Source of the DNA: Citrobacter tructae
Lineage (GTDB): Bacteria > Pseudomonadota > Gammaproteobacteria > Enterobacterales > Enterobacteriaceae
Reading direction: 5' to 3'
DNA: 24,000 bases
Assembly: GCF_004684345.1 (NCBI RefSeq)
Contig: NZ_CP038469.1
Span: forward strand, 4,041,440-4,065,439
Shown here one piece after another: positions 1 through 21,528 of this stretch (its first letter is position 1; the number at the start of each line of letters is the position of its first letter). Position numbers and translations under genes: made by a program. The notes under the pieces were generated by a model. It was not told the origin of the DNA. It made no database searches and was given only the letters and a program-made list of their open reading frames with translations.

Positions 1-70
1 GCAAAAACGTGGGATTGATCCCTTCAAAATTGAAAAAAGCGTACAGAAAGAAAACCCCTCCGCACAATGA
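1..70 (+). CDS. ygjV: 3' end of inner-membrane protein YgjV (partial; gene starts upstream of the window)
   Basis: Reading from nt 2 gives QKRGIDPFKIEKSVQKENPSAQ, followed by TGA at 68-70. This resembles the C-terminal ...QKRGIDPFKVEK... tail I recall for E. coli YgjV. ygjV is also the convergent neighbour of sstT in K-12. The fragment is too short to appear in the ORF track. Confidence 0.6.
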   Translation, partial: QKRGIDPFKIEKSVQKENPSAQ

Positions 71-78
71 CGGAGGGG
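45..78 (-). terminator. Intrinsic terminator downstream of sstT
   Basis: The stem is CCCCTCCG (55-62) / CGGAGGGG (71-78) with an 8-nt loop. On the minus strand the hairpin is followed by TTTTCTTTCT (54-45). It starts 9 nt after the sstT stop codon. Confidence 0.7.
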
Positions 79-86
79 GGAAATGA

Positions 87-1331
87 TCAGCCGCGCAGGG
101 CGTTGTTTGCCAGACGCTCGTCTTCAGCCTGGCAGGCTGCAGCAGTAAACAACACGTCAGTTGATGAGTTCAGTGCGGTTTCACAGGAGTCCTGCAATAC
201 GCCGATAATAAAGCCGACGGCAACCACCTGCATGGCGATATCATTCGGGATACCGAACATATTACACGCCAGTGGGATCAGCAGCAGAGAACCACCCGCC
301 ACGCCTGATGCGCCACAGGCACAAAGCGATGCCACTACGCTCAACAACAATGCAGTCGGTAAATCAACTGGGATCCCCAGTGTATTGACCGCCGCCAGCG
401 TCAGCACAGTAATGGTGATCGCCGCGCCAGCCATGTTGATGGTTGCGCCCAGCGGGATAGAAACTGAGTAAGTATCACGGTCCAGATTCAGCTTCTCACA
501 CAGTGCCATATTCACCGGAATGTTGGCGGCGGAACTGCGGGTAAAGAAAGCATACACGCCGCTTTCACGCAGGCATGCCAGCACCAGTGGATACGGGTTG
601 CGGCGAATTTTCCAGAACACCAACAGTGGGTTGACCACAAACGCCACCAGCAGCATACAGCCTACCAGCACCGCCAGCAGCTGCGCGTAGCCCCACAGCG
701 TGGCAAAACCGGTGCTGGCCAGCGTCGACGAAACCAGGCCGAAAATACCGATAGGGGCGAAACGGATCACCAGTTTCACCATAAAGGTGACGGCGTTGGA
801 CATGTCGTTGACCAGATTCTTGGTCGTTTCATTACCGTGGCGCAGGGCAAAGCCAAGGCCGACAGCCCATACCAAAATACCGATGTAGTTAGCGTTAAGC
901 AGAGCATCAATCGGGTTCGACACCATGCTCATCAACAGCCCACGCATGACTTCAACGATGCCCGATGGCGGCACAATATCGTTAGCGCTGCTGGCAAGAT
1001 GCAGCGTCGATGGGAAGGCAAAGCTGAATACCACGGCCGCTAACGCCGCAGAGAAGGTACCAAGCAGGTAGAGGAACAGAATCGGGCGGATATTGGTTTT
1101 TTGCCCATGCTGGTGATTAGCAATAGAGGCCATTACCAGCATCAGAACGAGGATTGGGGCGACGGCTTTTAATGCACCAACGAACAGGGTACCTAGCAAA
1201 CCCGCGGCTTCTGCAGCAGGTTTTGATATCAGTGCCAGCAAAATCCCCAGTACCAAACCAACCAAAATTTGTTTAACAAGGCTCCCTTGCGCCAAACGCG
1301 AGATCAGCCCCGATGAACGTTGCGTAGTCAT
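87..1331 (-). CDS. sstT: Na+-coupled serine/threonine transporter SstT (DAACS family)
   Basis: The 414-aa ORF is near-identical along its full length to the E. coli SstT sequence I recall (MTTQRS...[16 protein letters not shown]...[42 protein letters not shown]). An AAGGA Shine-Dalgarno sequence lies upstream of the ATG. Synteny with alx supports the call. Confidence 0.95.
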   Translation of the reverse strand: MTTQRSSGLISRLAQGSLVKQILVGLVLGILLALISKPAAEAAGLLGTLFVGALKAVAPILVLMLVMASIANHQHGQKTNIRPILFLYLLGTFSAALAAVVFSFAFPSTLHLASSANDIVPPSGIVEVMRGLLMSMVSNPIDALLNANYIGILVWAVGLGFALRHGNETTKNLVNDMSNAVTFMVKLVIRFAPIGIFGLVSSTLASTGFATLWGYAQLLAVLVGCMLLVAFVVNPLLVFWKIRRNPYPLVLACLRESGVYAFFTRSSAANIPVNMALCEKLNLDRDTYSVSIPLGATINMAGAAITITVLTLAAVNTLGIPVDLPTALLLSVVASLCACGASGVAGGSLLLIPLACNMFGIPNDIAMQVVAVGFIIGVLQDSCETALNSSTDVLFTAAACQAEDERLANNALRG

Positions 1332-1515
1332 TTCGTAATCCTTTTATTGTGTTGTCGCCTGGCCCTTGTGCGTTCTATAGACGCATCTTTCAGGATGAGG
1401 CAAATGTTTGCATGGCTGAGTATAAGGAAAGAACAAGGTTCTGGAAGATAAATATCCTGGATTTTACACTGAGATCATATTTTATAACTTTAAATTAACA
1501 TTGTGGTGACATGTT

Positions 1516-1551
1516 AAATAAAAAGCCCGACGCACAAAGAGGGCGTCGGGC
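1516..1551 (-). terminator. Intrinsic terminator downstream of alx
   Basis: A perfect 9-bp stem, GCCCGACGC (1525-1533) / GCGTCGGGC (1543-1551), is followed on the minus strand by TTTTTATTT (1524-1516). It begins about 24 nt after the alx stop. Confidence 0.8.
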
Positions 1552-1574
1552 CTGACAAGTTATACGAACAAGCG

Positions 1575-2543
1575 TTACTGCGTTTGCTGCTTTTTATCGT
1601 GCTGGTAGTTTACCCACGCATTTACAATCAGCGTTACAAACAAGATCCCGAACACTACGCCTAACGAGATAGCGATAGGAATATGGTAGAAATCGACGAT
1701 CAACATCTTGATACCGATAAATACCAGAATGATCGACAGTCCGTACTTCAGCATCGAGAAACGCTCCGCCACGCCGGCCAGCAGGAAGTACATGGCGCGC
1801 AGACCCAGGATAGCAAACAGGTTAGATGTCAGCACGATGAACGGGTCGGTGGTCACGGCAAAGATTGCCGGAATGCTGTCGACGGCAAAGATAACATCGC
1901 TCAACTCAACCAAAATCAGCACCAGCATCAGCGGCGTCACGAACAGTAGACCGTTTTTACGCACGAAGAAATGCTCGTTCTCGATGGTATCGGTCATCCG
2001 TAGATGACCGCGCAGCCAGCGTACTAACGGCCTGTCGCCAATGCCGGAAGCATCTTCTTTTGCCAGTGCCATCTTCACGCCGGTAAACAGCAGGAACGCG
2101 CCGAACACGTACAGTAACCATTCAAACTGAGTGATAAGCCAACTTCCCGCGAAGATCATGATGGTACGCAGGACAATCGCCCCCAGTACGCCATACACCA
2201 GTACCCGACGCTGCAACGCAGGCGGTACGGAGAAATAGCTAAACAGCATCAGCCAGACAAAGACGTTATCCACCGCCAGCGATTTCTCGATCAAATAACC
2301 GGTGAGGAATGCCAGCGCCTGTGGGTCAGCGACAGCACGTCCTTGGGTTTCTGCCAGATACCACCAGAATACGGCGTTAAACAGTAACGACAACGTGACC
2401 CAGACAATTGACCAGGCGGCTGCCTGCTTCATTGACATTGTATGCGCGCCGCGACGACCCTGCAGCAGCAGGTCGATGGCCAGCATAATCACCACCACAA
2501 CAGCGAAGCCACCCCATAACAACGGTGTGCCGACAGTATTCAT
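1575..2543 (-). CDS. alx: TerC-family inner-membrane protein Alx (alkaline/Mn2+-induced putative Mn exporter)
   Basis: The 322-aa polytopic membrane ORF matches E. coli Alx/YgjT in length and sequence ([17 protein letters not shown]...). It sits between ygjR and sstT as in K-12 and is preceded by the diagnostic yybP-ykoY leader. Confidence 0.93.
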   Translation of the reverse strand: MNTVGTPLLWGGFAVVVVIMLAIDLLLQGRRGAHTMSMKQAAAWSIVWVTLSLLFNAVFWWYLAETQGRAVADPQALAFLTGYLIEKSLAVDNVFVWLMLFSYFSVPPALQRRVLVYGVLGAIVLRTIMIFAGSWLITQFEWLLYVFGAFLLFTGVKMALAKEDASGIGDRPLVRWLRGHLRMTDTIENEHFFVRKNGLLFVTPLMLVLILVELSDVIFAVDSIPAIFAVTTDPFIVLTSNLFAILGLRAMYFLLAGVAERFSMLKYGLSIILVFIGIKMLIVDFYHIPIAISLGVVFGILFVTLIVNAWVNYQHDKKQQTQ

Positions 2544-2559
2544 TATTTTTCCCCATGCA

Positions 2560-2750
2560 TAAAAAAACGGCCAACGCCGAATGACGTTAGCCGCTGCTTT
2601 TCATGCATAGACCTTGCCATTCGGCAAGGTCTCACTTACAACAACAAAGGAATACGTTGACGTATTCCTTTGTTATCGCCCGGCGACCGGATGTGGTTTT
2701 TCACACATCGTAATGACGATCAACCGACAACGAAGTTACTCCCCTTTGCG
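2560..2750 (-). promoter_or_regulatory. sraF: alx 5' leader: yybP-ykoY (Mn2+) riboswitch / pH-responsive element (PRE, SraF)
   Basis: The minus strand carries the hallmark AAAGGGGAGTA motif (2747-2737) and the GAGACC motif (2633-2628). There is a perfect 13-bp hairpin (2644-2656 / 2661-2673) and a 9-bp hairpin (2610-2618 / 2623-2631). A terminator-like hairpin, CGGCTAACG...CGTTGGCCG + T7 (2593-2561), lies just upstream of the GGGG Shine-Dalgarno sequence and the ATG at 2543. Confidence 0.8.
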
Positions 2751-2813
2751 GGTAACAAAGTATTACAGGCCACGCGTTCAGTCAATGGCCTGCAACATTC
2801 GTTTTACACAGTT

Positions 2814-3812
2814 TTACGCAATCAGCGACGTATTCGTGCCATCAGCAGGGAAAACGACGCCGGTCTGGCGGCGAATTTCTGTTTGCAGTTTGGCGGTAAT
2901 GCGGCTGACGGTCAGTGCCGGGTGAGTCACTTCGCCGGATTCAACCAGATGAGCAAATCGCTCTGCCTCATACAGCATAGTATTGATGTGCTGAGGCACC
3001 GTCAGATCCTGCGTTTTTCCACCGCGCGGAACAAAGCAGACTTTCTGGCACTCGGATATTTTCTCGATAACCAGTGACCCTGATTCGCCCTGAATTTCAC
3101 TGGCCAGCACCGAATCGCTCACTTTGGAATGCTGCAACGTGACGCTGAAATCACCGTAGTTCAGCACCACCACACCGTGAGCATCAACGCCGCTTTCCAG
3201 CAGACTGGCGCTGGCCTGTACGCTTTGTGGTTCCCCCCACAACGCAACCGCCGAGGCCAGGCAGTAAAAGCCAATATCCATAATCGAGCCATTTGAGAAT
3301 TCCGGATTAAACGTATTCGGATTTTCACCGTCCAGATAGCGCTGATAGCGTGAAGAGTACTGGCAGTAATTGATAAACGCTTTTCTGATGTTTCCTACCT
3401 TGGGCAGAGATTGCTGCAACAGTAGGAAATTGGGAAGGCTGGCGGTCTTAAACGCCTCAAAAAGTACCACCTGATTCTCACGTGCGCAGGCGATAGCAGC
3501 ATCAACTTCTGCTAGGTTTGACGCCAGCGGCTTCTCACAGATCACGTGCTTTTTGTGCGTCAGAAACAGCTGGGTCTGCGGGAAGTGCAGCGAGTTTGGG
3601 CTGGCGATATACACCGCATCAATCGCGTCGCTTTGCGCCATCGCTTCCAGCGAAGTAAACAGATGCTCGACGAGATAATCGTTGGCGAAGGTTTGTGCCT
3701 GTTCAAGGCTGCGGGAATAGACTGCGGTTAACTTATATTTGCCGGTTTCATGGGCGGCATCCACAAACTGGCGGGTGATCCAGTTTGTGCCAATCACTGC
3801 GAAACGTATCAT
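2814..3812 (-). CDS. ygjR: Gfo/Idh/MocA-family NAD(P)-dependent oxidoreductase YgjR
   Basis: The 332-aa ORF has an N-terminal Rossmann motif (MIRFAVIGTNWITRQF) and the EKP motif (VICEKPLA). It closely matches E. coli YgjR and sits upstream of alx as in K-12. Confidence 0.9.
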   Translation of the reverse strand: MIRFAVIGTNWITRQFVDAAHETGKYKLTAVYSRSLEQAQTFANDYLVEHLFTSLEAMAQSDAIDAVYIASPNSLHFPQTQLFLTHKKHVICEKPLASNLAEVDAAIACARENQVVLFEAFKTASLPNFLLLQQSLPKVGNIRKAFINYCQYSSRYQRYLDGENPNTFNPEFSNGSIMDIGFYCLASAVALWGEPQSVQASASLLESGVDAHGVVVLNYGDFSVTLQHSKVSDSVLASEIQGESGSLVIEKISECQKVCFVPRGGKTQDLTVPQHINTMLYEAERFAHLVESGEVTHPALTVSRITAKLQTEIRRQTGVVFPADGTNTSLIA

Positions 3813-3881
3813 AAAGGCCTTCAGGCTGCGAAAAGGGATCCTTTTGCCAATTTAGCATGCCTTGCTGACAAAGCCAGTGCG

Positions 3882-4385
3882 CTACTGCGCAGTTTGCTTT
3901 AGCGATTGTTGCGTTAACCACAGGCGGGTGTCGAACTCCAACTGGTGATACTGCGGCTCCATATGGCAGCACAGCTGGTAAAACGCTTTGTCGTGCTCTT
4001 TTTCTTTCAGGTGCGCCAGTTCATGCACGACGATCATACGTAAAAAAGGCTCTGGGGCGTTACGAAACACGGTGGCGACGCGGATTTCCGCTTTCGCTTT
4101 CAGCTTGCCACCCTGCACGCGAGAGACGGCGGTATGCAGCCCCAGCGCATTCTTCAGTACGTGGATCTTACTGTCATACATCACTTTATTGAGCGGCGGG
4201 GCATTGCGCAGAAACTGACTTTTCAGATCCTGAGTATATTGCCAGAGCGCTTTGTCGGTCGCGAAGTCATGCGTACCCGGATAGCGTTTTTCCAGTACCG
4301 CGCCCAGACGCTGCTCGCTAATTAACGAGCGAACCTGGGCCAGCAGGTGTTCTGGGTAGCCTTGCAGATAGGTTAGTTGACTCAT
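3882..4385 (-). CDS. ygjP: YgjP, DUF45/WLM-like zinc metallohydrolase (HExxH)
   Basis: The ORF-track start at 4388 is a TTG. The adjacent ATG at 4385 gives a 167-aa protein, MSQLTYLQGYPE..., matching E. coli YgjP in length and sequence. It contains the VHELAHLKEKEH metal-binding motif. Confidence 0.88.
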   Translation of the reverse strand: MSQLTYLQGYPEHLLAQVRSLISEQRLGAVLEKRYPGTHDFATDKALWQYTQDLKSQFLRNAPPLNKVMYDSKIHVLKNALGLHTAVSRVQGGKLKAKAEIRVATVFRNAPEPFLRMIVVHELAHLKEKEHDKAFYQLCCHMEPQYHQLEFDTRLWLTQQSLKQTAQ

Positions 4386-4469
4386 CAATGCCCCACTTAA
4401 ATCGTAAAAAGTGTATACTCACGCACCCTTTTCAGGGATACGCCGAAATTTTACCATTCAGGAGGGCCG

Positions 4470-5606
4470 ATGAGCCACATAGACAACGGTTTCCGTTCGC
4501 TGTCACTTAAACGTTTCCCGGAGACGGATGACGTTAACCCGCTGCTGGCGTGGGAAGCTGCGGATGAATATCTGCTGCAACAGCTGGACGATACCGAGAT
4601 TAGCGGTCCGGTGCTGATCCTGAATGATACCTTCGGCGCGCTGGGTTGTGCGCTGGCGGAACATTCGCCGTACAGCATTGGCGACTCCTATTTAAGCGAG
4701 CTGGCGACGCGTGAAAACTTGCGTCATAACGACATTGCTGAATCCAGCGTCAGGTTCCTCGACAGCACCGTCGAATACCCGCAGGCACCGGGTGTGGTGC
4801 TGATTAAGCTGCCAAAAACCATGGCGCTGCTGGAGCAGCAACTGCGTGCGTTACGCTTGGTTGTTACGCCACAAACGCGCATCATCGCGGGCGCGAAGGC
4901 GCGCGACGTTCATACCTCGACGCTTGAGCTGTTTGAAAAGGTACTGGGCAAAACCACCACCACGCTGGCATGGAAAAAAGCCCGTTTGATCAACTGTACG
5001 TTCAGCAACCCTGAGCTGGCTGAAGCCTCACAAACGCTGAGCTGGAAGCTGGAAGGCACCGACTGGACGATTCACAACCACGCCAACGTTTTCTCCCGTA
5101 CCGGGCTGGATATTGGCGCACGGTTCTTTATCGAACACCTGCCTTCCAATCTGGAAGGCGAGATTGTCGATCTTGGCTGTGGTAATGGCGTGGTTGGCCT
5201 GACGTTGCTGGAGAAGAACCCGGAAGCGAGCGTGGTGTTTGTTGATGAATCACCGATGGCGGTGGCGTCCAGTCGTCTGAACGTTGAAACCAACATGCCT
5301 GAAGCGCTGGATCGCTGCGAGTTTATGATCAACAACGCGCTGTCCGGCGTGGAGCCGTTCCGCTTTAACGCCGTTCTGTGTAACCCGCCGTTTCACCAAA
5401 AGCACGCGCTGACCGATAACATCGCCTGGGAGATGTTCCACCATGCCCGCCGCTGCCTGAAGATCAACGGCGAACTGTATATTGTGGCTAACCGTCACCT
5501 CGACTACTTCCACAAGCTGAAGAAGATTTTCGGCAACTGTGAAACCATCGCCACCAACAACAAATTTGTGGTGCTGAAAGCGGTGAAATTAGGTCGTCGT
5601 CGCTAA
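4470..5606 (+). CDS. rlmG: 23S rRNA (guanine1835-N2)-methyltransferase RlmG
   Basis: The 378-aa ORF has a strong AGGAGG Shine-Dalgarno sequence, the SAM-binding motif VDLGCGNGV and the NPPFH catalytic motif. It is divergent from ygjP as in K-12 (ygjO). Confidence 0.93.
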   Translation: MSHIDNGFRSLSLKRFPETDDVNPLLAWEAADEYLLQQLDDTEISGPVLILNDTFGALGCALAEHSPYSIGDSYLSELATRENLRHNDIAESSVRFLDSTVEYPQAPGVVLIKLPKTMALLEQQLRALRLVVTPQTRIIAGAKARDVHTSTLELFEKVLGKTTTTLAWKKARLINCTFSNPELAEASQTLSWKLEGTDWTIHNHANVFSRTGLDIGARFFIEHLPSNLEGEIVDLGCGNGVVGLTLLEKNPEASVVFVDESPMAVASSRLNVETNMPEALDRCEFMINNALSGVEPFRFNAVLCNPPFHQKHALTDNIAWEMFHHARRCLKINGELYIVANRHLDYFHKLKKIFGNCETIATNNKFVVLKAVKLGRRR

Positions 5607-5614
5607 TTTCTGAT

Positions 5615-5647
5615 GCCGGATGGCGGCGAAACGCGTCATCCGGCTAC
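5615..5647. repeat. REP-like palindromic element in the convergent rlmG/fadH gap
   Basis: The sequence GCCGGATGGCGGCGAAACGCGTCATCCGGCTAC has the GCCGGATG...CATCCGGC architecture of enterobacterial REP units. It fills almost the whole 45-bp intergenic gap. Confidence 0.7.
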
Positions 5648-5651
5648 AAAC

Positions 5652-7691
<2,040 letters not shown>

Positions 7692-7699
7692 TTATTGTT

Positions 7700-7716
7700 A
7701 TGTGGTCGGATGAGTT
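7700..7716. promoter_or_regulatory. Putative FadR operator upstream of fadH
   Basis: ATGTGGTCGGATGAGTT compares well with the FadR consensus ANCTGGTCNGACNTGTT; the core TGGTCNGA is conserved. The site lies 30-46 bp upstream of the fadH ATG. fadH is a known FadR-repressed gene in E. coli. Confidence 0.45.
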
Positions 7717-7777
7717 ACTAATTTAGCCGTCGCTGCGCAAAAGGGAAAAGGGGAATGCCGTGATTGTGATGGGATTC

Positions 7778-7807
7778 AAAAAAGAGGCCTCCTGTGGGAG
7801 AGCCTCT
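7778..7807 (-). terminator. Intrinsic terminator downstream of ygjK
   Basis: On the minus strand an AGAGGCTCTCC...GGAGGCCTCT hairpin is followed by TTTTTT (7783-7778). It starts 7 nt after the ygjK stop. It is the only strong coding-strand terminator I see between the ebgA promoter and this position. Confidence 0.7.
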
Positions 7808-7813
7808 TACAGA

Positions 7814-11252
<3,439 letters not shown>

Positions 11253-11259
11253 CTAAGCT

Positions 11260-11313
<54 letters not shown>

Positions 11314-11326
11314 TCTTTTATAGAAA

Positions 11327-16452
<5,126 letters not shown>

Positions 16453-16454
<2 letters not shown>

Positions 16455-16481
16455 TATAGCGAGTAAGATGATTTACTTTAA
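16453..16481 (-). promoter_or_regulatory. Candidate sigma70 promoter of ebgA
   Basis: On the minus strand I read a -35 TTAAAG (16481-16476), a 17-nt spacer and a -10 TATATT (16458-16453). The operator palindrome begins immediately downstream. Confidence 0.35.
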
Positions 16482-16572
16482 CTGGATCACGAAAATAACC
16501 CAGGCAGGGAAGAATAAGGCATGGCAATGCGCGCCCGGCATCAGGAGAAACCGGGCGTGAAACAAGGGGATT

Positions 16573-17574
<1,002 letters not shown>

Positions 17575-17705
17575 TTACCTCCGCATTGTAAAGGAAGTGC
17601 TTATCTATTCACCTGTTTTCAGTAAAAAAAGTACGCTTAATTGACATGCCAGGGGTAAAACCCCGCTTTTAGAGTGTGATGAATACAGCATTTTACGGCT
17701 TTTGA

Positions 17706-18098
<393 letters not shown>

Positions 18099-18110
18099 GC
18101 TGAGGGAATC

Positions 18111-18149
18111 TGCCGGATGGTGGCGCTCAGACTGCGCCGCCATCCGGCA
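18111..18149. repeat. REP-like long hairpin between convergent ygjH and patA
   Basis: TGCCGGATGGTGGCGC-tcagact-GCGCCGCCATCCGGCA forms a 16-bp stem with one G-T wobble. It has the GCCGGATG/CATCCGGC REP signature and probably acts as a bidirectional terminator or mRNA-stabilising element. Confidence 0.7.
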
Positions 18150-18153
18150 CCTG

Positions 18154-19595
<1,442 letters not shown>

Positions 19596-19753
19596 TCCCG
19601 GCGCGCTTAACGAAAATCGGGATAAACACCAGGGGGGATTTCATTTGTGCAACATTTAATATTAAAAATTAACATTTGGCGGCGTTTTGCCTATGTCAGG
19701 CGCCTGAAAACAGTCCGGATCTACGATCTTTTGCTCTAAAAATAGGCAGAAGC

Positions 19754-19770
19754 TGCACTGTGACGGTGCG
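19754..19770. promoter_or_regulatory. NtrC-type enhancer site upstream of the patA sigma54 promoter
   Basis: TGCACT-GTGAC-GGTGCG compares with the NtrC consensus TGCACC-N5-GGTGCA (10 of 12 half-site positions). It lies about 165-185 bp upstream of the -24/-12 element, a typical enhancer distance. A weaker neighbouring half-match occurs at about 19731-19748. Confidence 0.5.
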
Positions 19771-19886
19771 CTGAGTGTAGCCAGATTGAATAGTCACAAG
19801 ATGAAAGTATTTTAAATCAATGGATTAGAATGCGTACAGATTTTGAGGTTTAATCGCAAATTGCGATCTAAATCAAATTTAACAAC

Positions 19887-19913
19887 TAAAGATAAAAAAA
19901 TTATCGCCGAAAT
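19887..19913 (+). promoter_or_regulatory. sigma28 (FliA) class-3 flagellar promoter of aer
   Basis: TAAAGATA-N11-GCCGAAAT compares with the consensus TAAAGTTT-N11-GCCGATAA, and the spacing is exact. It lies about 50 nt upstream of the aer ATG. Confidence 0.75.
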
Positions 19914-19963
19914 AACATGTGTCGAAATAGTTAACAACCAGATAACCTGCAAAGGACGCAACC

Positions 19964-21484
19964 ATGTCTTCTGATCCCTACGTTAGCCAGCGACATACCC
20001 CGCTGGATGATGATATCACCCTCATGTCGACCACCGATTTACAAAGCTACATCACTCACGCGAATGATACTTTCGTTCAGGTTAGCGGTTATCAGCTGAG
20101 TGAGCTGCTCGGTAAACCGCATAACCTGGTTCGTCACCCGGACATGCCAAAGGCGGCGTTTGCCGATATGTGGTACACCCTGCAACAGGGCGAACCGTGG
20201 AGTGGCATTGTAAAAAATCGCTGTAAAAACGGCGATCACTACTGGGTGAGGGCCAATGCGGTGCCGATGGTAAGGGAAGGGCAGATGACCGGGTATATGT
20301 CTATTCGTACCCGGGCGACGCAGGAGGAGATTGCAGCAGTCGAGCCTTTGTATCAGGCGCTGAATGAGGGACGTTGCAACAAACGCATCCATAAGGGGTT
20401 AGTGGTGCGTAAAGGCTGGCTGGGAAAACTCCCGGCGCTGCCGGTTCGCTGGCGGGTACGCAGCGTGATGGCTGCGATGTTTGCCGTGCTGGCGGTTGCG
20501 TCACATCTGATGGGGGCGCAATGGCCGCAGTTGTTGATCGGTGCCCTGGTGATGCTGACTGGAACGGCAATTTTCGAATGGCAAATTGTGCGCCCGATAG
20601 AAAACGTCGCCCGCCAGGCGCTGAAAGTGGCGACCGGCGAACGCAACAGCGTCTCGCACCTTAATCGCAGCGATGAGCTGGGTCTGATGCTGCGATCGGT
20701 GGGGCAACTGGGATTAATGTGCCGCTGGCTTATTCATGACGTTTCAAGCCAGGTTTCCTGCGTACGTAACGACAGCGAAACGCTGGCAAAAGGCAGTGAT
20801 GATTTAAACAAGCATACCCAGCAGACGGTTGAGAACGTGCAGGAAACGGTGACGACGATGAACCAGATGGCGGCGTCGGTGAAGCAAAACTCGGCGACGG
20901 CTTCTGCTGCTGACAAGCTTTCAATTGCCGCCAGCAGTGCGGCAACGCAGGGCGGCGAGGCGATGGGGACGGTGATCAAAACCATGGACGATATTGCCAA
21001 CAGCACCCAGCGTATCGGCACCATCACCACGCTGATTAATGATATTGCTTTCCAGACCAATATTCTGGCATTGAATGCGGCGGTTGAAGCGGCACGAGCG
21101 GGCGAACAGGGGAAAGGGTTTGCCGTCGTGGCGGGGGAGGTGCGCCATCTTGCCAGCCGCAGCGCCAGTGCGGCGAATGATATCCGCAAACTGATTGATG
21201 CCAGTGCCGACAAGGTGCAATCCGGCTCCAGCCAGGTTCACGCTGCAGGGCGCACGATGGACGACATTGTGGCTCAGGTGCAGAACGTCACCCAGTTGAT
21301 TGCGCAAATCAGTCATTCGACGCTGGAGCAAGCGGACGGGCTGACCAGTCTAACCCGTGCGGTGAATGAACTGAGCAACATTACGCAGAAAAATGCTGAA
21401 CTGGTTGAAGAGAGCGCCCAGATTTCAGCGATGGTGAAACATCGCGCCGGGCGTCTGGAAGATGCGGTGACGGTGTTGCATTAA
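19964..21484 (+). CDS. aer: Aerotaxis receptor Aer (PAS-FAD, membrane hairpin, HAMP, MCP signalling domain)
   Basis: The 506-aa ORF has an N-terminal PAS domain (LMSTTDLQSYITHANDTFVQVSGY...HPDMPKAAFADMW) and the highly conserved MCP hairpin (IAFQTNILALNAAVEAARAGEQGKGFAVVAGEVRHLASRSA). It is collinear with E. coli Aer. An AAGGA Shine-Dalgarno sequence is present. Confidence 0.95.
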   Translation: MSSDPYVSQRHTPLDDDITLMSTTDLQSYITHANDTFVQVSGYQLSELLGKPHNLVRHPDMPKAAFADMWYTLQQGEPWSGIVKNRCKNGDHYWVRANAVPMVREGQMTGYMSIRTRATQEEIAAVEPLYQALNEGRCNKRIHKGLVVRKGWLGKLPALPVRWRVRSVMAAMFAVLAVASHLMGAQWPQLLIGALVMLTGTAIFEWQIVRPIENVARQALKVATGERNSVSHLNRSDELGLMLRSVGQLGLMCRWLIHDVSSQVSCVRNDSETLAKGSDDLNKHTQQTVENVQETVTTMNQMAASVKQNSATASAADKLSIAASSAATQGGEAMGTVIKTMDDIANSTQRIGTITTLINDIAFQTNILALNAAVEAARAGEQGKGFAVVAGEVRHLASRSASAANDIRKLIDASADKVQSGSSQVHAAGRTMDDIVAQVQNVTQLIAQISHSTLEQADGLTSLTRAVNELSNITQKNAELVEESAQISAMVKHRAGRLEDAVTVLH

Positions 21485-21496
21485 GCATCGGTATTC

Positions 21497-21518
21497 AGGC
21501 GGAACGACGGTTCCGCCT
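21497..21518. terminator. Hairpin between convergent aer and yqjI (weak or bidirectional terminator candidate)
   Basis: AGGCGGAAC-gacg-GTTCCGCCT forms a 9-bp perfect stem. It is not followed by a clear U-tract on either strand. Confidence 0.4.
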
Positions 21519-21528
21519 GCTGACCAGA

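Noticed and set aside
67-471. 134-aa + strand ORF overlapping sstT.
   Set aside because: It lies entirely antisense to a well-supported, conserved transporter gene. The protein is low-complexity and Ala/Ser/Thr-rich, typical of a shadow frame, and there is no Shine-Dalgarno sequence. Its first codons also overlap the ygjV stop and the terminator.
17653-17672. Small GGGGT-aaa-ACCCC hairpin followed by GCTTTT on the + strand in the ebgR-ygjH intergenic region.
   Set aside because: The stem is only 5 bp and no upstream + strand gene needs terminating. It is probably fortuitous or part of the promoter architecture.
19677-19691. sigma54-like TGGCGGCGTTTTGCC on the + strand, pointing toward aer.
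   Set aside because: The GG-to-GC spacing is one nucleotide short of the invariant GG-N10-GC. aer already has a near-consensus sigma28 promoter, and no enhancer site is suitably placed.
20734-21213. 159-aa minus-strand ORF, plus several others at 20039-21331, inside aer.
   Set aside because: These are antisense to the Ala/Ser/Thr/Gln-rich MCP signalling domain, a region where stop-free reverse frames are notoriously common. There is no supporting start context.
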